Assembly: GCA_963764625.1 (NCBI GenBank)
Contig: CAVXTH010000003.1
Location: 42,386 to 106,385, forward strand
Length of the DNA stretch: 64,000 nucleotides
Source: Candidatus Krumholzibacteriota bacterium
GTDB taxonomy: Bacteria > Krumholzibacteriota > Krumholzibacteriia > JAJRXK01
Reading direction: 5' to 3'
This document shows positions 40,415 to 49,540 of this stretch, in pieces (position 1 is the stretch's first letter; each line of letters opens with the position of its first letter). Below the pieces are notes generated by a model. It made no database searches, was not told the DNA's origin, and saw only the letters and a list, made by a program, of their open reading frames with translations. Both the position numbers and the translations under genes were made by a program.

Positions 40415-42244
40415 TTGCCCGCAGAGTCCCGGCTCCGCTTCTTCGTCCTTTTGGCCTTCTCGTTCCTCGCCTCGCTGCTCGCGCATCCCGGTGGAGCGGC
40501 GGCCCAGCTGAAGCAGATCCTCCCTCCCGCCCTCCCCTGGCACGGCAAGAGCGAGGAGCTCATCGCCGCAAAGGACGATCCCTGGATCACGCCGGCCGAA
40601 CAGATGCATCTGCGGGACAGTCCCTCCTACGAGCTCACGCGCGATTGGCTCATCCAGCTAGTCGACGCCTCGCCGCAGCTGAACCTGGTCTCCTTGGGCA
40701 AGAGCTACCAGCAACGCGAGATCTGGATGGTCATCGCGAGCAAGGAGGGCGCGAGCACGCCGGAAGCTCTGCGGGCCAACGGACGTCCCACCCTTCTGGC
40801 CCAGGCCGGAATCCACAGCGGGGAGATCGACGGCAAGGACGCCGGACTCATGTTGCTTCGCGACATGACGGTGGACGGTCGAATCCCCGAACTTCTGGAC
40901 GGCGCGAACTTTCTCTTCATCCCCATCCTGAGCGTGGATGCGCACGAGCGCCGTTCGGCGACTTCCCGCATCAACCAACGCGGACCGCGCTATCAGGGCT
41001 GGCGCACCAATGCGCGCAACCAGAACCTGAATCGCGATTACGCCAAGTTGGACACACCGGAGATCCGGGCCGTGGTCGAGGCACTCAATCCGTGGCCGGT
41101 GGATCTGTACGTCGACATCCACGTCACCGACGGAGCCGACTACCAGTACGACATCACCTACGGCTTCAACGGGAGCTTCGGGTGGTCGCCCTCCATCGGG
41201 GCCTGGCTGGAGGACAGTTTTCGTCCCGCCCTCGACCGTGACCTGAAGCAGATGGGACACGTGCCCGGCGATCTGATCTTCGCGGCCAACGGCAAGGACA
41301 TGGTCGGCGGCGTGTATTCCTTCACCGCCACACCCCGCTTCTCCAACGGCTACGGAGACGCGCGCCATCTGGCCACGGTTCTGGTGGAGAACCACTCTCT
41401 GAAAGACTATCGCCGGCGCGTGCTGGGAACGCGCGTGTTTTTGGAGGGCGCGCTGCGTCTTCTGGCGAAACAGGGACAGAGCCTGCGCGACTCGACGGCG
41501 CGCGATCGCATCCGGCGCCGCCGGGAAATTCCCAGCTCCTTCGAAGTCGGCGAGTCCAAGCCCGAGCTCGTCGACTTTCTGGGGGTGAAGTCCAGGCGCG
41601 TCTTTTCCGAGCTAGCCGATGACAGCGTGGTCCAGTGGCTTGGAGAGCCCGAGACGATCCGCATCCCCCGCATCGTGGCCGACCACCCGACCGGCATGCT
41701 CGCGCGTCCGAAAGCCTACTGGGTACCCGCCGCCTGGCCGGACGTAATCGAACGCCTGAAGCTGCACGGGGTGAAGATGGAGGTCCTGGGTGAGGAGCAG
41801 ACCCCTCGTCTCAGCTTCTACCGGCTGCAGGAGCCCAAGCTCACGGCAGAGCCCTACGAGGGACACGAGCGCGTCACCGCGACCCTCCGCGAGGAGATCC
41901 GCACGCAGCGCTTCGAACCGGGGGCCGCCCGCATCTCCACCGACCAAGCGCTGGGTGACCTGGTCATGCTGCTCCTGGAACCCCGGAGCCCGGACTCCTT
42001 CTTCCAGTGGGGGTTCTTTTCGACGGTTTTGCAGCGCACCGAGTACTTCGAGAGCTATGTCCTGGAACCCATGGCCCGTGCAATGCTAGCAAAGAACGAT
42101 ACTTTGCGTGTCGAGTTCGAGCAAAAACTGAAGGATGACGTGGCCTTCGCGAAGGACCCCAGGGCGCGGCTGGAGTGGTTCTACGAGAAGACGCCCTACT
42201 ACGACCAGCGCTACCGACTCTACCCGGTGGGGGTCGAGCGCTAG
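40415..42244 (+). CDS. Secreted M14 zinc carboxypeptidase
   Basis: Signal peptide. GIHSGEIDG (HxxE), NLNRDY and DIHVTDG motifs. Confidence 0.9.
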   Translation: MPAESRLRFFVLLAFSFLASLLAHPGGAAAQLKQILPPALPWHGKSEELIAAKDDPWITPAEQMHLRDSPSYELTRDWLIQLVDASPQLNLVSLGKSYQQREIWMVIASKEGASTPEALRANGRPTLLAQAGIHSGEIDGKDAGLMLLRDMTVDGRIPELLDGANFLFIPILSVDAHERRSATSRINQRGPRYQGWRTNARNQNLNRDYAKLDTPEIRAVVEALNPWPVDLYVDIHVTDGADYQYDITYGFNGSFGWSPSIGAWLEDSFRPALDRDLKQMGHVPGDLIFAANGKDMVGGVYSFTATPRFSNGYGDARHLATVLVENHSLKDYRRRVLGTRVFLEGALRLLAKQGQSLRDSTARDRIRRRREIPSSFEVGESKPELVDFLGVKSRRVFSELADDSVVQWLGEPETIRIPRIVADHPTGMLARPKAYWVPAAWPDVIERLKLHGVKMEVLGEEQTPRLSFYRLQEPKLTAEPYEGHERVTATLREEIRTQRFEPGAARISTDQALGDLVMLLLEPRSPDSFFQWGFFSTVLQRTEYFESYVLEPMARAMLAKNDTLRVEFEQKLKDDVAFAKDPRARLEWFYEKTPYYDQRYRLYPVGVER

Positions 42245-42407
42245 GCGCGGCTGTCTCCCTCGAGCACCCGCGCCGCCCGTGAGCTCACCGCCTGGCGCTG
42301 AGCGGCCTCAATCTGCTAGGATCGCCAAGGCCCTTCCCCATCGGCCGCGCCTTCCCCCTGGCGTGTCGTCGACCCGCCTGCCTCTCGCGCCCACTTGGAG
42401 ACTGTTC

Positions 42408-44822
42408 ATGAATTTCGACTGCCGCTCATTGGATCCCCGCATCTCTTCCGCACGTGCTCTCTTGGTCATCACCTCTCTGCTCTGGATGCTCGTCCCGCTG
42501 GAGGCGATCGCGGGCGTCGAACCCGTAGCCCTTCCACGGCTGGCTCGTGGCCCCCTTGGGGAATGCCGTCCTGGGCGACGTGGGCCCCCCAGACTACCTG
42601 GACGTGAACAACCTCGGGAGCAGCGGACAGGACGGGGTGCGTCTGGACCTCGGTTCCACCCGGGGACGCATCGGTCCCGTGCGCTGGATGGCGCCCGAGA
42701 GTCTCTCCGGTCGAAGGTACCGGGTGGTGTCCGAGGGAAGCGACGCGGCGGGGACTCTGTGGTGGGCGACGGACGCCGTGGACCGGGGGGACCTCGTCGA
42801 GTTCAGCATCGACCCCGGCAACCTGGTGGTCGACGGGTCCAACGTGGTGCTCACCCTGACCCAGAATGGGATCGCCGTCACCACCGCCGAACTGAACAAC
42901 ACCTGAGTCCTCTCTTCAGCTCCAGCGCTCCGCCCATCGGCGTGAGCGAGGGACTCGGCGAGATCGAGGCGGACTTCGAAGCGAGCGGCGCGAGCAAGGC
43001 GTTCGTCCCCCCGCGATTGGACGACCGCAACTTCGAGTTTCCTCCCGCAACGCAGTTCACGATCGCCGGCGTGGGGAGCTTCACCGCCGATGGGGTGCGC
43101 ATCTCCCACCGGCTGCGCCATCGGGATCGCCTGGTGCTGCACCACCTGGATCTGCTCTTCACCGAGCCGGTCGGCGTTGTGGGTTCGCAGCGACTGCGCG
43201 ATGTGGCCATGGGACCCTACTTCGGAACGACCCGCGGCCGCGGGGGAGTGTTGCTTCAGAGTTCCTCGGTGGGCTCTCAGGATCAGTTGACGGTCAGCAA
43301 CATCGGCAGTAGCGGTCAGGATGGAGTCGCTTGCGACTTCGAGGAGGATGAAGTGGGGGTGGCCCTGCAGTGGGCCCCTTCGACTCTGCCCCCGCCGAGC
43401 GATGGGGCCAGCATCGGCCTTTCCGGGGACGCGGGCCGGGATACCGCGCCAGAGGATCCCGTCGTCGCCTGTTCCGCCCAATACGGGAACGCGCAGTTCG
43501 AGATCGTTCGGAGCGCCGCCACGACCGGCCCGCCATTGAAGGTGGTCTTCTACCTGGATGACCTCATCGTGGGTGTCGCCTCCGATCCCACCGCCGCGCT
43601 GCAGGTGAGCACGAGCGAGTGGCCCAGCAGCGCCGGAGTCGAGAACGGGGACGCGCCGGGGATGTCCACCGTTTCCTGGGGCTGGGATGCGCCGGTTTCC
43701 ATGCAAGTGGGAACCGAGCCGGCGGTGCAGGCCGATGAGGTACGGCTGGTCTTGCCGAGTCTGGTCGCGCCGAACCAGGAGGCCCAGCGCCTCATCCTGA
43801 CTCCCCCTGGCAGCGCCAGCGCGTATGGGCTGACGATCCTGGGGCGTCGAACCGTGATCAAGCCTCCGAACCCCAATTATCCCTACACCGAGTTGCGTGG
43901 CCTGCATGCGGAGGGCATCGTGCATCGAGACATCGCCACTCGCATCTCCAACATCGGGAGTAGCGGCGAGGACGGCGTCATGGTGGAATTCGAACCCACA
44001 TCCGCGCTGGGAATCCAATGGCACTCGTCGTCCACCGGAGCCGGATCGCCCGGGGAACGCATCATGATGCCGACCTACGGCACCACGAGTGGCGATCCGG
44101 ATCGACCGATCATCCTCGGGCAACTCTGGAACGAGAGCACCGGCAGTGAGGTGTACGTGGGAGCAGACCTGAGCCCCTTGGGCGTCGGTGGACTGATCTT
44201 CAACCTCTACGACAATGGCATGCTGGTGAACAGCATCACCGCGGTGAACGACGCCCCGGCGCTGAGTATGCCCCTACCCCCGACCGGGATGACCGCGAGG
44301 ACCGGCGCGAACGGTCCGGTTTTCTACCTAGAACTCGTTCCGGACACCCAGGTCAGCGTGGTCAGTGCGCCCACCAAGCGGATGAACAAGGCCGATCTCA
44401 TCGAGGTTCTCCCCAGCGAGACCCCCAGCGTGGTTCCCACCGAGCTGGTCGCGCTCTCCCTTCGTGCATCCTCGATCCCCTGGGTCGTGATCGACAGCGC
44501 CAACCCCGCCTACCCGGTCGATGCGCCACCGTCGCGCGCCACGCCGACGCTGACCCTGTATCCCAACGCGCCCAATCCCTTCAACCCGCGCACCAGCATC
44601 GCCTTCGATCTGGATCGCTGGGGTCCGGTGAGTCTGCGCATCTACGACGTGCGCGGGCAGCTGGTGGATGTGCTCCACGACGGCTTTCTCGAGGCGGGGC
44701 ACCACCTCGGGGTCTGGGATGGGATGGACAGTGGAGGCCACAGCGTGGCTTCGGGAGTCTACTACCTGCGGCTCGAGGCCGCGGGGGAGAGCCAGACGAG
44801 AAAGATGAGCTTGGTGCGCTAG
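42408..44822 (+). CDS. Large secreted protein: signal peptide, three ~200-230 aa repeats and a C-terminal FlgD-Ig/PNPFNP domain; two compensating indels near 42530 and 42903
   Basis: GGAG RBS and ATG 42408; hydrophobic signal ending AIA. (S/N)N(I/L)GSSG(Q/E)DGV occurs three times. C-terminus PNAPNPFNPRTSIAFDL...IYDVRGQLV...WDG...ASGVYYLRL. Segment 42531-42903 reads sensibly only in the +1 frame (ORF 42547-42906). Confidence 0.8.
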   Translation: MNFDCRSLDPRISSARALLVITSLLWMLVPLEAIAGVEPVALPRLARGPLGECRPGRRGPPRLPGREQPREQRTGRGASGPRFHPGTHRSRALDGARESLRSKVPGGVRGKRRGGDSVVGDGRRGPGGPRRVQHRPRQPGGRRVQRGAHPDPEWDRRHHRRTEQHLSPLFSSSAPPIGVSEGLGEIEADFEASGASKAFVPPRLDDRNFEFPPATQFTIAGVGSFTADGVRISHRLRHRDRLVLHHLDLLFTEPVGVVGSQRLRDVAMGPYFGTTRGRGGVLLQSSSVGSQDQLTVSNIGSSGQDGVACDFEEDEVGVALQWAPSTLPPPSDGASIGLSGDAGRDTAPEDPVVACSAQYGNAQFEIVRSAATTGPPLKVVFYLDDLIVGVASDPTAALQVSTSEWPSSAGVENGDAPGMSTVSWGWDAPVSMQVGTEPAVQADEVRLVLPSLVAPNQEAQRLILTPPGSASAYGLTILGRRTVIKPPNPNYPYTELRGLHAEGIVHRDIATRISNIGSSGEDGVMVEFEPTSALGIQWHSSSTGAGSPGERIMMPTYGTTSGDPDRPIILGQLWNESTGSEVYVGADLSPLGVGGLIFNLYDNGMLVNSITAVNDAPALSMPLPPTGMTARTGANGPVFYLELVPDTQVSVVSAPTKRMNKADLIEVLPSETPSVVPTELVALSLRASSIPWVVIDSANPAYPVDAPPSRATPTLTLYPNAPNPFNPRTSIAFDLDRWGPVSLRIYDVRGQLVDVLHDGFLEAGHHLGVWDGMDSGGHSVASGVYYLRLEAAGESQTRKMSLVR
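42607..43979 (+). repeat. Three copies of an intragenic motif encoding SNIGSSGxDGV (42607-42639, 43296-43328, 43947-43979)
   Basis: NNLGSSGQDGV, SNIGSSGQDGV and SNIGSSGEDGV, spaced about 690 and 650 nt apart. Confidence 0.85.
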
Positions 44823-45595
44823 GCGGTTTCGCCGTCGTTGAGAGCGCGCGCGATTTCCTCGGCCACGATGCGGGCCAATCGCTGGGCTTCGTCTGCTCCG
44901 TTCTCTCCCGCAGCGCGGCACGAGCTGGCGCGCTCAGGATTGGGTCCGCCCCCGCTGCTCGCCACCAGAGCACCCACCTCGTCGCGGCTCAGGACGCGGG
45001 CGCCGCCGGCGAGCTCGGCCAGCAGGGTGATCTCGGCCAGATGCTCCACCGTCTCCAGCGTCTGGAACGCAGTGAAGGGATCCGGCCCACAGGCCACCAC
45101 GCCGTGATTGGGCATGAGCACCGCGTCGTGGCTCACGATGTGTTCACACACCGCGCGGGCCACCTCGTCGGTTCCCGGGGTCGCGTAGCGGGAGAGCGGC
45201 ACCTTTCCCAGACCGAGAACGACCTCGGGTAAGAGGCAGTCCGTAAGCCCGCGCCCGGCGGTGGCCAGAGCGGTGGCCCAACTGGGGTGCCCGTGCACCA
45301 CCGCGCCCACCTCGGGGCGCACGCGAAAGATGGCCAGGTGCATCTGGATCTCCGAGGACGGACGACCCTGCGCGGCGCGGCCGTCCATGCCCACCTCGAT
45401 GAGGTCCTGGGGCTTCAGGAATCCCTTGGCCGCTCCGGCCCGGGTGGCCAGCACGGTGGTCTCGTCAAGCCGGGCGGAGAGGTTCCCCTCGCAGGCCACG
45501 ATGAGCCGGTGCTGATACATCAGCGCGCCGACCCGGATGAGTTCGCGGGTGGCGTCTTCACGGGAAAGTCGGCCATTCCTCACGGCAAGTCCCAC
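44819..45595 (-). CDS. Class II aldolase/adducin family protein
   Basis: EGNLS, PSSEIQMH, VVHGHP and LMPNHG zinc-binding motifs. Confidence 0.9.
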   Translation of the reverse strand: MGLAVRNGRLSREDATRELIRVGALMYQHRLIVACEGNLSARLDETTVLATRAGAAKGFLKPQDLIEVGMDGRAAQGRPSSEIQMHLAIFRVRPEVGAVVHGHPSWATALATAGRGLTDCLLPEVVLGLGKVPLSRYATPGTDEVARAVCEHIVSHDAVLMPNHGVVACGPDPFTAFQTLETVEHLAEITLLAELAGGARVLSRDEVGALVASSGGGPNPERASSCRAAGENGADEAQRLARIVAEEIARALNDGETA

Positions 45596-45623
45596 CGGTC
45601 AGGGTTCCACCACCGCGCCACGC

Positions 45624-46118
45624 TCAGAGCTTCGCCAGCTCCGCCAGCGCTTCCACTCCGTTACGCTTGAGGTAGGCCACGATGCCACCCTCGTCGCGAA
45701 GTTTCAACATCAGGGGCGAGAGCTCGACGGGGATCTTCTTCTCCTGCGTCTGGTTCACCAGACACCTCTGATGGATGTCCAGTTTCAGTTCGTCGGTTTC
45801 CGCGATTCCGTCCGTATCGGCTATGAGCAACAGCAGGCCCTGGTTCATGCAGTTGCGGTAGAAGATGCGCGCGAAACTCTTGGCCACGATGGCTTCGATT
45901 CCGGTGTGGCTCAGCGAGGTGACGGCGGTCTCGCGGCTGCTGCCGCAGCCGAAATTCCGGCCGGCCACCACGAAGTCACCCTTCTTCACTCTGGGAGCGA
46001 AGTCGGGGCGATGCTCGATGAAGCAGATCTTGGCCAGCTCCTTGGGGTCGGTGGTCTGATTGTAACGACCCGGAGTGATGAGGTCGGTGTTGATGTTGTC
46101 GCCGAAGAGCCAGTTCAT
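45624..46118 (-). CDS. leuD: 3-isopropylmalate dehydratase/homoaconitase small subunit
   Basis: GDNINTDLITPGRY, NFGCGSSRE and SFARIFYRN motifs; short HacB/LysU-like form. Confidence 0.85.
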   Translation of the reverse strand: MNWLFGDNINTDLITPGRYNQTTDPKELAKICFIEHRPDFAPRVKKGDFVVAGRNFGCGSSRETAVTSLSHTGIEAIVAKSFARIFYRNCMNQGLLLLIADTDGIAETDELKLDIHQRCLVNQTQEKKIPVELSPLMLKLRDEGGIVAYLKRNGVEALAELAKL

Positions 46119-46119
46119 C

Positions 46120-47382
46120 TCAACCTCGCACCGTTTCGGGAAGATACTGGCGCGGATCGGTGAGCACTCCGGTCAGCGCACAGGCGGCCGCAGTAGCCGG
46201 GCTCGCCAGATAGATCTGGGCGGTGGGACTGCCCATCCGGCCCCTGAAGTTGCGGTTGGAGGTCGAGACGCACACCTCTTCGTCATCCAGCACTCCCCCC
46301 TGCCGGCCCAGGCAGGCCCCGCAGCCCGGGTTGGTGATCGCGGCGCCCTTGTTCAGGAAGAACTCGATGAGGCCCTCCTGCATCGCCTGCAGGTACACGC
46401 TCCGGCTGGCCGGGGTGATGACCACGCGCGTTGCGGGATCGAGCTCGTGTCCTTCCCACATCGCCTTCACGATGCGCAGGTCCTGGATGCGACAGTTGGT
46501 GCACGAACCGATGAAGACCTGATCGACGTGACGGCCGGCGACTTCGCTGACTTTGGCCTCCTGATCGATGTCGTGGGGACAGGCCACGGTGGGCACGAGT
46601 TCGTCCACCGCGATCTGAATGGTCTCGTCGTAGCGTGCGTCCTCATCGCTGCCGTTTGGGATCCAGTCCCCTTCGCGCCCCTGCTCTTTCAGGTACTCGC
46701 GGGTGCGCTCGTCGCTGGGCACGATCGCGGTCTTGGCGCCCAGCTCGGCGCACATGTTGGTCAGTGTCAATCGATCGGGAACCGGCCAGCGCTCTACCAA
46801 CGACCCCCCGAACTCGATGATCTTGTAGGTGCAGTACTCGGTGCCGAGTTTTCCCGCGATGTGCAGGATGACGTCCTTGGCGAACACCCCGTGCGGAAGC
46901 TCGCCCTCGATCTCGATCCGAATGACCTCCGGCACGCGAAACCAGAGCTTCCCGCTCGCGAGCGCCACCGCCGCATCGGTGGATCCCACCCCGATGGTCA
47001 GAGCACCGAGCCCCCCGCCGGTGGGCGTGTGACTGTCGGCGCCCAACACCAGCATCGAGGGATGAATGTAATCCTCCGCCAGAAGTTGATGGCAGACCCC
47101 ATCGGTGCGGATTTCGATGCCCTGTTCGTGGGCGAAAGCGCGCACTTTCTTGTGCAGGTGCGCCATGGCGGTGCTGGGGGCGGGATAGGCATGATCGAAA
47201 GGGATCACGATTTTCTTGGGGTCGAAGACCCGGTCAGCGATCTCGTAGAAGGGATCGACCGCCCACGCTCCGGTCGTATCGTGCGCCATGACGAGATCCA
47301 GGTCGCAGATCACCGTGTCGCCGGGATGGACCTCACGCCCACAATGCGCGGAGAAAATCTTCTCCGGAAGATTCTGTCCCAT
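46120..47382 (-). CDS. leuC: 3-isopropylmalate dehydratase/homoaconitase large subunit
   Basis: HD, FDH, GVCHQ, GADSHT, FIGSCTN, PGCGACLG and TSNRNFRGRMG motifs. Confidence 0.87.
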   Translation of the reverse strand: MGQNLPEKIFSAHCGREVHPGDTVICDLDLVMAHDTTGAWAVDPFYEIADRVFDPKKIVIPFDHAYPAPSTAMAHLHKKVRAFAHEQGIEIRTDGVCHQLLAEDYIHPSMLVLGADSHTPTGGGLGALTIGVGSTDAAVALASGKLWFRVPEVIRIEIEGELPHGVFAKDVILHIAGKLGTEYCTYKIIEFGGSLVERWPVPDRLTLTNMCAELGAKTAIVPSDERTREYLKEQGREGDWIPNGSDEDARYDETIQIAVDELVPTVACPHDIDQEAKVSEVAGRHVDQVFIGSCTNCRIQDLRIVKAMWEGHELDPATRVVITPASRSVYLQAMQEGLIEFFLNKGAAITNPGCGACLGRQGGVLDDEEVCVSTSNRNFRGRMGSPTAQIYLASPATAAACALTGVLTDPRQYLPETVRG

Positions 47383-47391
47383 GAATTTCCT

Positions 47392-47613
47392 CTAGCCGCC
47401 CGCGACCGGGCGTACGAGTTCGAGCCGATCCCCCTCGCGCAAGACGACCGTCGCGAAGGAGTCCCGGCCCCGTGGTTCACCGTTGCACTCGACCACCAAG
47501 AAGCGCTCGTCGAGCCCCATCCTCTCGATCAGGTCCTTGAGCGTGGCTCCGCGGGAAACTTGTCGTTCCTTGCCGTTCACGCTCAGCTTGATCTGCCGTT
47601 CATCCGACCCCAT
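47392..47613 (-). CDS. thiS: Sulfur carrier protein ThiS
   Basis: 73 aa; VNG...VECNGE...GDRLELVRPVAGG with C-terminal GG. Confidence 0.92.
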   Translation of the reverse strand: MGSDERQIKLSVNGKERQVSRGATLKDLIERMGLDERFLVVECNGEPRGRDSFATVVLREGDRLELVRPVAGG

Positions 47614-48724
47614 GCAGCGTCGCCTCCCAGTCCTTCCACACCGGTTGCAGACCCAGCTCCGCGAGACGACGCGCCACCTCCGCCGGAGTGCGTTGGTCGG
47701 CCACCTCAAATTGTTCCGCCTGATCGTTGGGATCCTCGTAGCCGCCGGGTTCGGTGTGGCTCCCGGCCGAGATCTGCGTGATCCCCAAGCGCACCAGACC
47801 GTCGCGGAAGGCGGGTCTCTCTCGGGTGGAGAGAACCAGACCGAGATCACAGAGACAGATCCGCAGCGCGCAGACCAGTTGCACCAGCTCGGCGTCCTTG
47901 ACCGCGCTGGGGGCGTCGATCGCCTGCAAAGCCGTCTGCAGGCGTGGCACCGACACCGAGATCCGACAGCGCCAACAGTGTTTTTGAAGCCACTGTGCGT
48001 GCAGGAAAGTGGCCAGCGAATCCGAGCGCCAGTCGCTCAGTCCCAACAGACTTCCGATGCCGATCTGTTTCATTCCGGCGCGCGCGGCACGCTCCGGCGT
48101 TTCCAGGCGCCAGTCGAAGTTTTTCTTGCGTCCGCTCAAGTGGAAACGGGCGTAGGCCTCGCGGTCGTAGGTCTCCTGATACACCGAGAGTCCGTCGACG
48201 CCGGCTTTCACCAACTCGCGATATCCCGCTTCGTACTGAGGCGCAACCTCGATGGCGAGCGAAGCGAAACGCGGACGCAATCGCCTCACGATCTCGCTCA
48301 GGTACCCGGTGGAGACGATGCGCGGGTGCTCTCCCGAAACCAGGAGGATGTGCCGGAACCCCTGCCCGCGCAGAATCTCCGCCTCGCGCACCACCTGCTC
48401 TGCGTTCAGGGTGACGCGCTCGATCCTATGCTCCCGGCTGAATCCGCAGTAGGTGCAGGTGTCGATGCACTCGTTGGAAACGTAGAGCGGAGCGTAGAGT
48501 TGGACGATGCGGCCGAACCGGCGCACCGTGGTGCTCTGGGCCGCCTCGGCCAGATCTTCCAGGCGTTCCTGGGCGGCGGGAGAAATCAGCCTCGCGAAGC
48601 GCTCGATGCTGCTGCCCGACGAGCGCAGTGCCTCTTGTACCTGCTTGGCCGAAGTCCTCAGCGAGAATTCACGCCAGAAGGCGAAGTCCGTCGCATCGAA
48701 GAGATCCTGGAAGCGGGCGTTCAT
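47600..48724 (-). CDS. thiH: 2-iminoacetate synthase (radical SAM tyrosine lyase)
   Basis: [30 protein letters not shown] and [11 protein letters not shown] motifs. Confidence 0.93.
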   Translation of the reverse strand: MNARFQDLFDATDFAFWREFSLRTSAKQVQEALRSSGSSIERFARLISPAAQERLEDLAEAAQSTTVRRFGRIVQLYAPLYVSNECIDTCTYCGFSREHRIERVTLNAEQVVREAEILRGQGFRHILLVSGEHPRIVSTGYLSEIVRRLRPRFASLAIEVAPQYEAGYRELVKAGVDGLSVYQETYDREAYARFHLSGRKKNFDWRLETPERAARAGMKQIGIGSLLGLSDWRSDSLATFLHAQWLQKHCWRCRISVSVPRLQTALQAIDAPSAVKDAELVQLVCALRICLCDLGLVLSTRERPAFRDGLVRLGITQISAGSHTEPGGYEDPNDQAEQFEVADQRTPAEVARRLAELGLQPVWKDWEATLHGVG

Positions 48725-49503
48725 CCCTCTCTCGCCTCGAGGAATCCAGTGAGAGGACTCGAAGCCTCCGCCGTCTCGCGCCGCGGAGCCAGTCCCGCTG
48801 CGTAGGCGACCCGTCCGGCTCGCACCGCTTCCCTGAACGCACCGGCCATCGCGGCGGGGTCGCGTGATACCGCGATCGCGGTATTGACGAGCACCGCATC
48901 CGCTCCCATCTCCATGGCGCGGGCCGCGTGACTCGGAGCACCGATGCCCGCGTCCACCACCACCGGCACCGTGGCCTGCTCGATGATGATCGCGAGGCTC
49001 GCCTCGGTGCGAAGACCCTGGTTGCTCCCGATCGGGCTTCCCAACGGCATCACGGTGGCGGCGCCCGCCTCTTCCAGACGCTTGGCCAGAACCGGGTCGG
49101 CCGGCATGTAAGGAAGCACCGTGAAGCCGTCGGCCACCAGCAGCTCGCAGGCCTTGAGGGTTTCGACCGCGTCGGGCAAGAGGTAGCGCAGATCGGGCGT
49201 GACCTCGAGCTTCACCCACGAGGGCAAGCCGCTGGCCCGCGCTAAACGCGCGAGCCGCAGCGCCTCGTCTGCGTTCTGCGCTCCACTCGTGTTGGGGAGA
49301 AGCAAGACCTGGTCGGGATCGATGAAGTCCAGAATATCCTCGCCCGAAGACTGCGGGTCCACGCGTCGCAGGGCCACCGTCACGATCTCGGTCCCACTCG
49401 CCGCGATTGCCTCCCGCATGGAGGGGCCCGTGGGAAACTTGCCCGTGCCCAGGATGAGACGGCTGGTGAAGCTACGGTCGGCGATGATCAGTGGCGAGTT
49501 CAT
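48721..49503 (-). CDS. thiG: Thiazole synthase
   Basis: [35 protein letters not shown] and VDAGIG motifs. Confidence 0.96.
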   Translation of the reverse strand: MNSPLIIADRSFTSRLILGTGKFPTGPSMREAIAASGTEIVTVALRRVDPQSSGEDILDFIDPDQVLLLPNTSGAQNADEALRLARLARASGLPSWVKLEVTPDLRYLLPDAVETLKACELLVADGFTVLPYMPADPVLAKRLEEAGAATVMPLGSPIGSNQGLRTEASLAIIIEQATVPVVVDAGIGAPSHAARAMEMGADAVLVNTAIAVSRDPAAMAGAFREAVRAGRVAYAAGLAPRRETAEASSPLTGFLEAREG

Positions 49504-49540
49504 GGTGTCCGTCCTGGGGCTGGGTGATCCTCCGAGGGGC

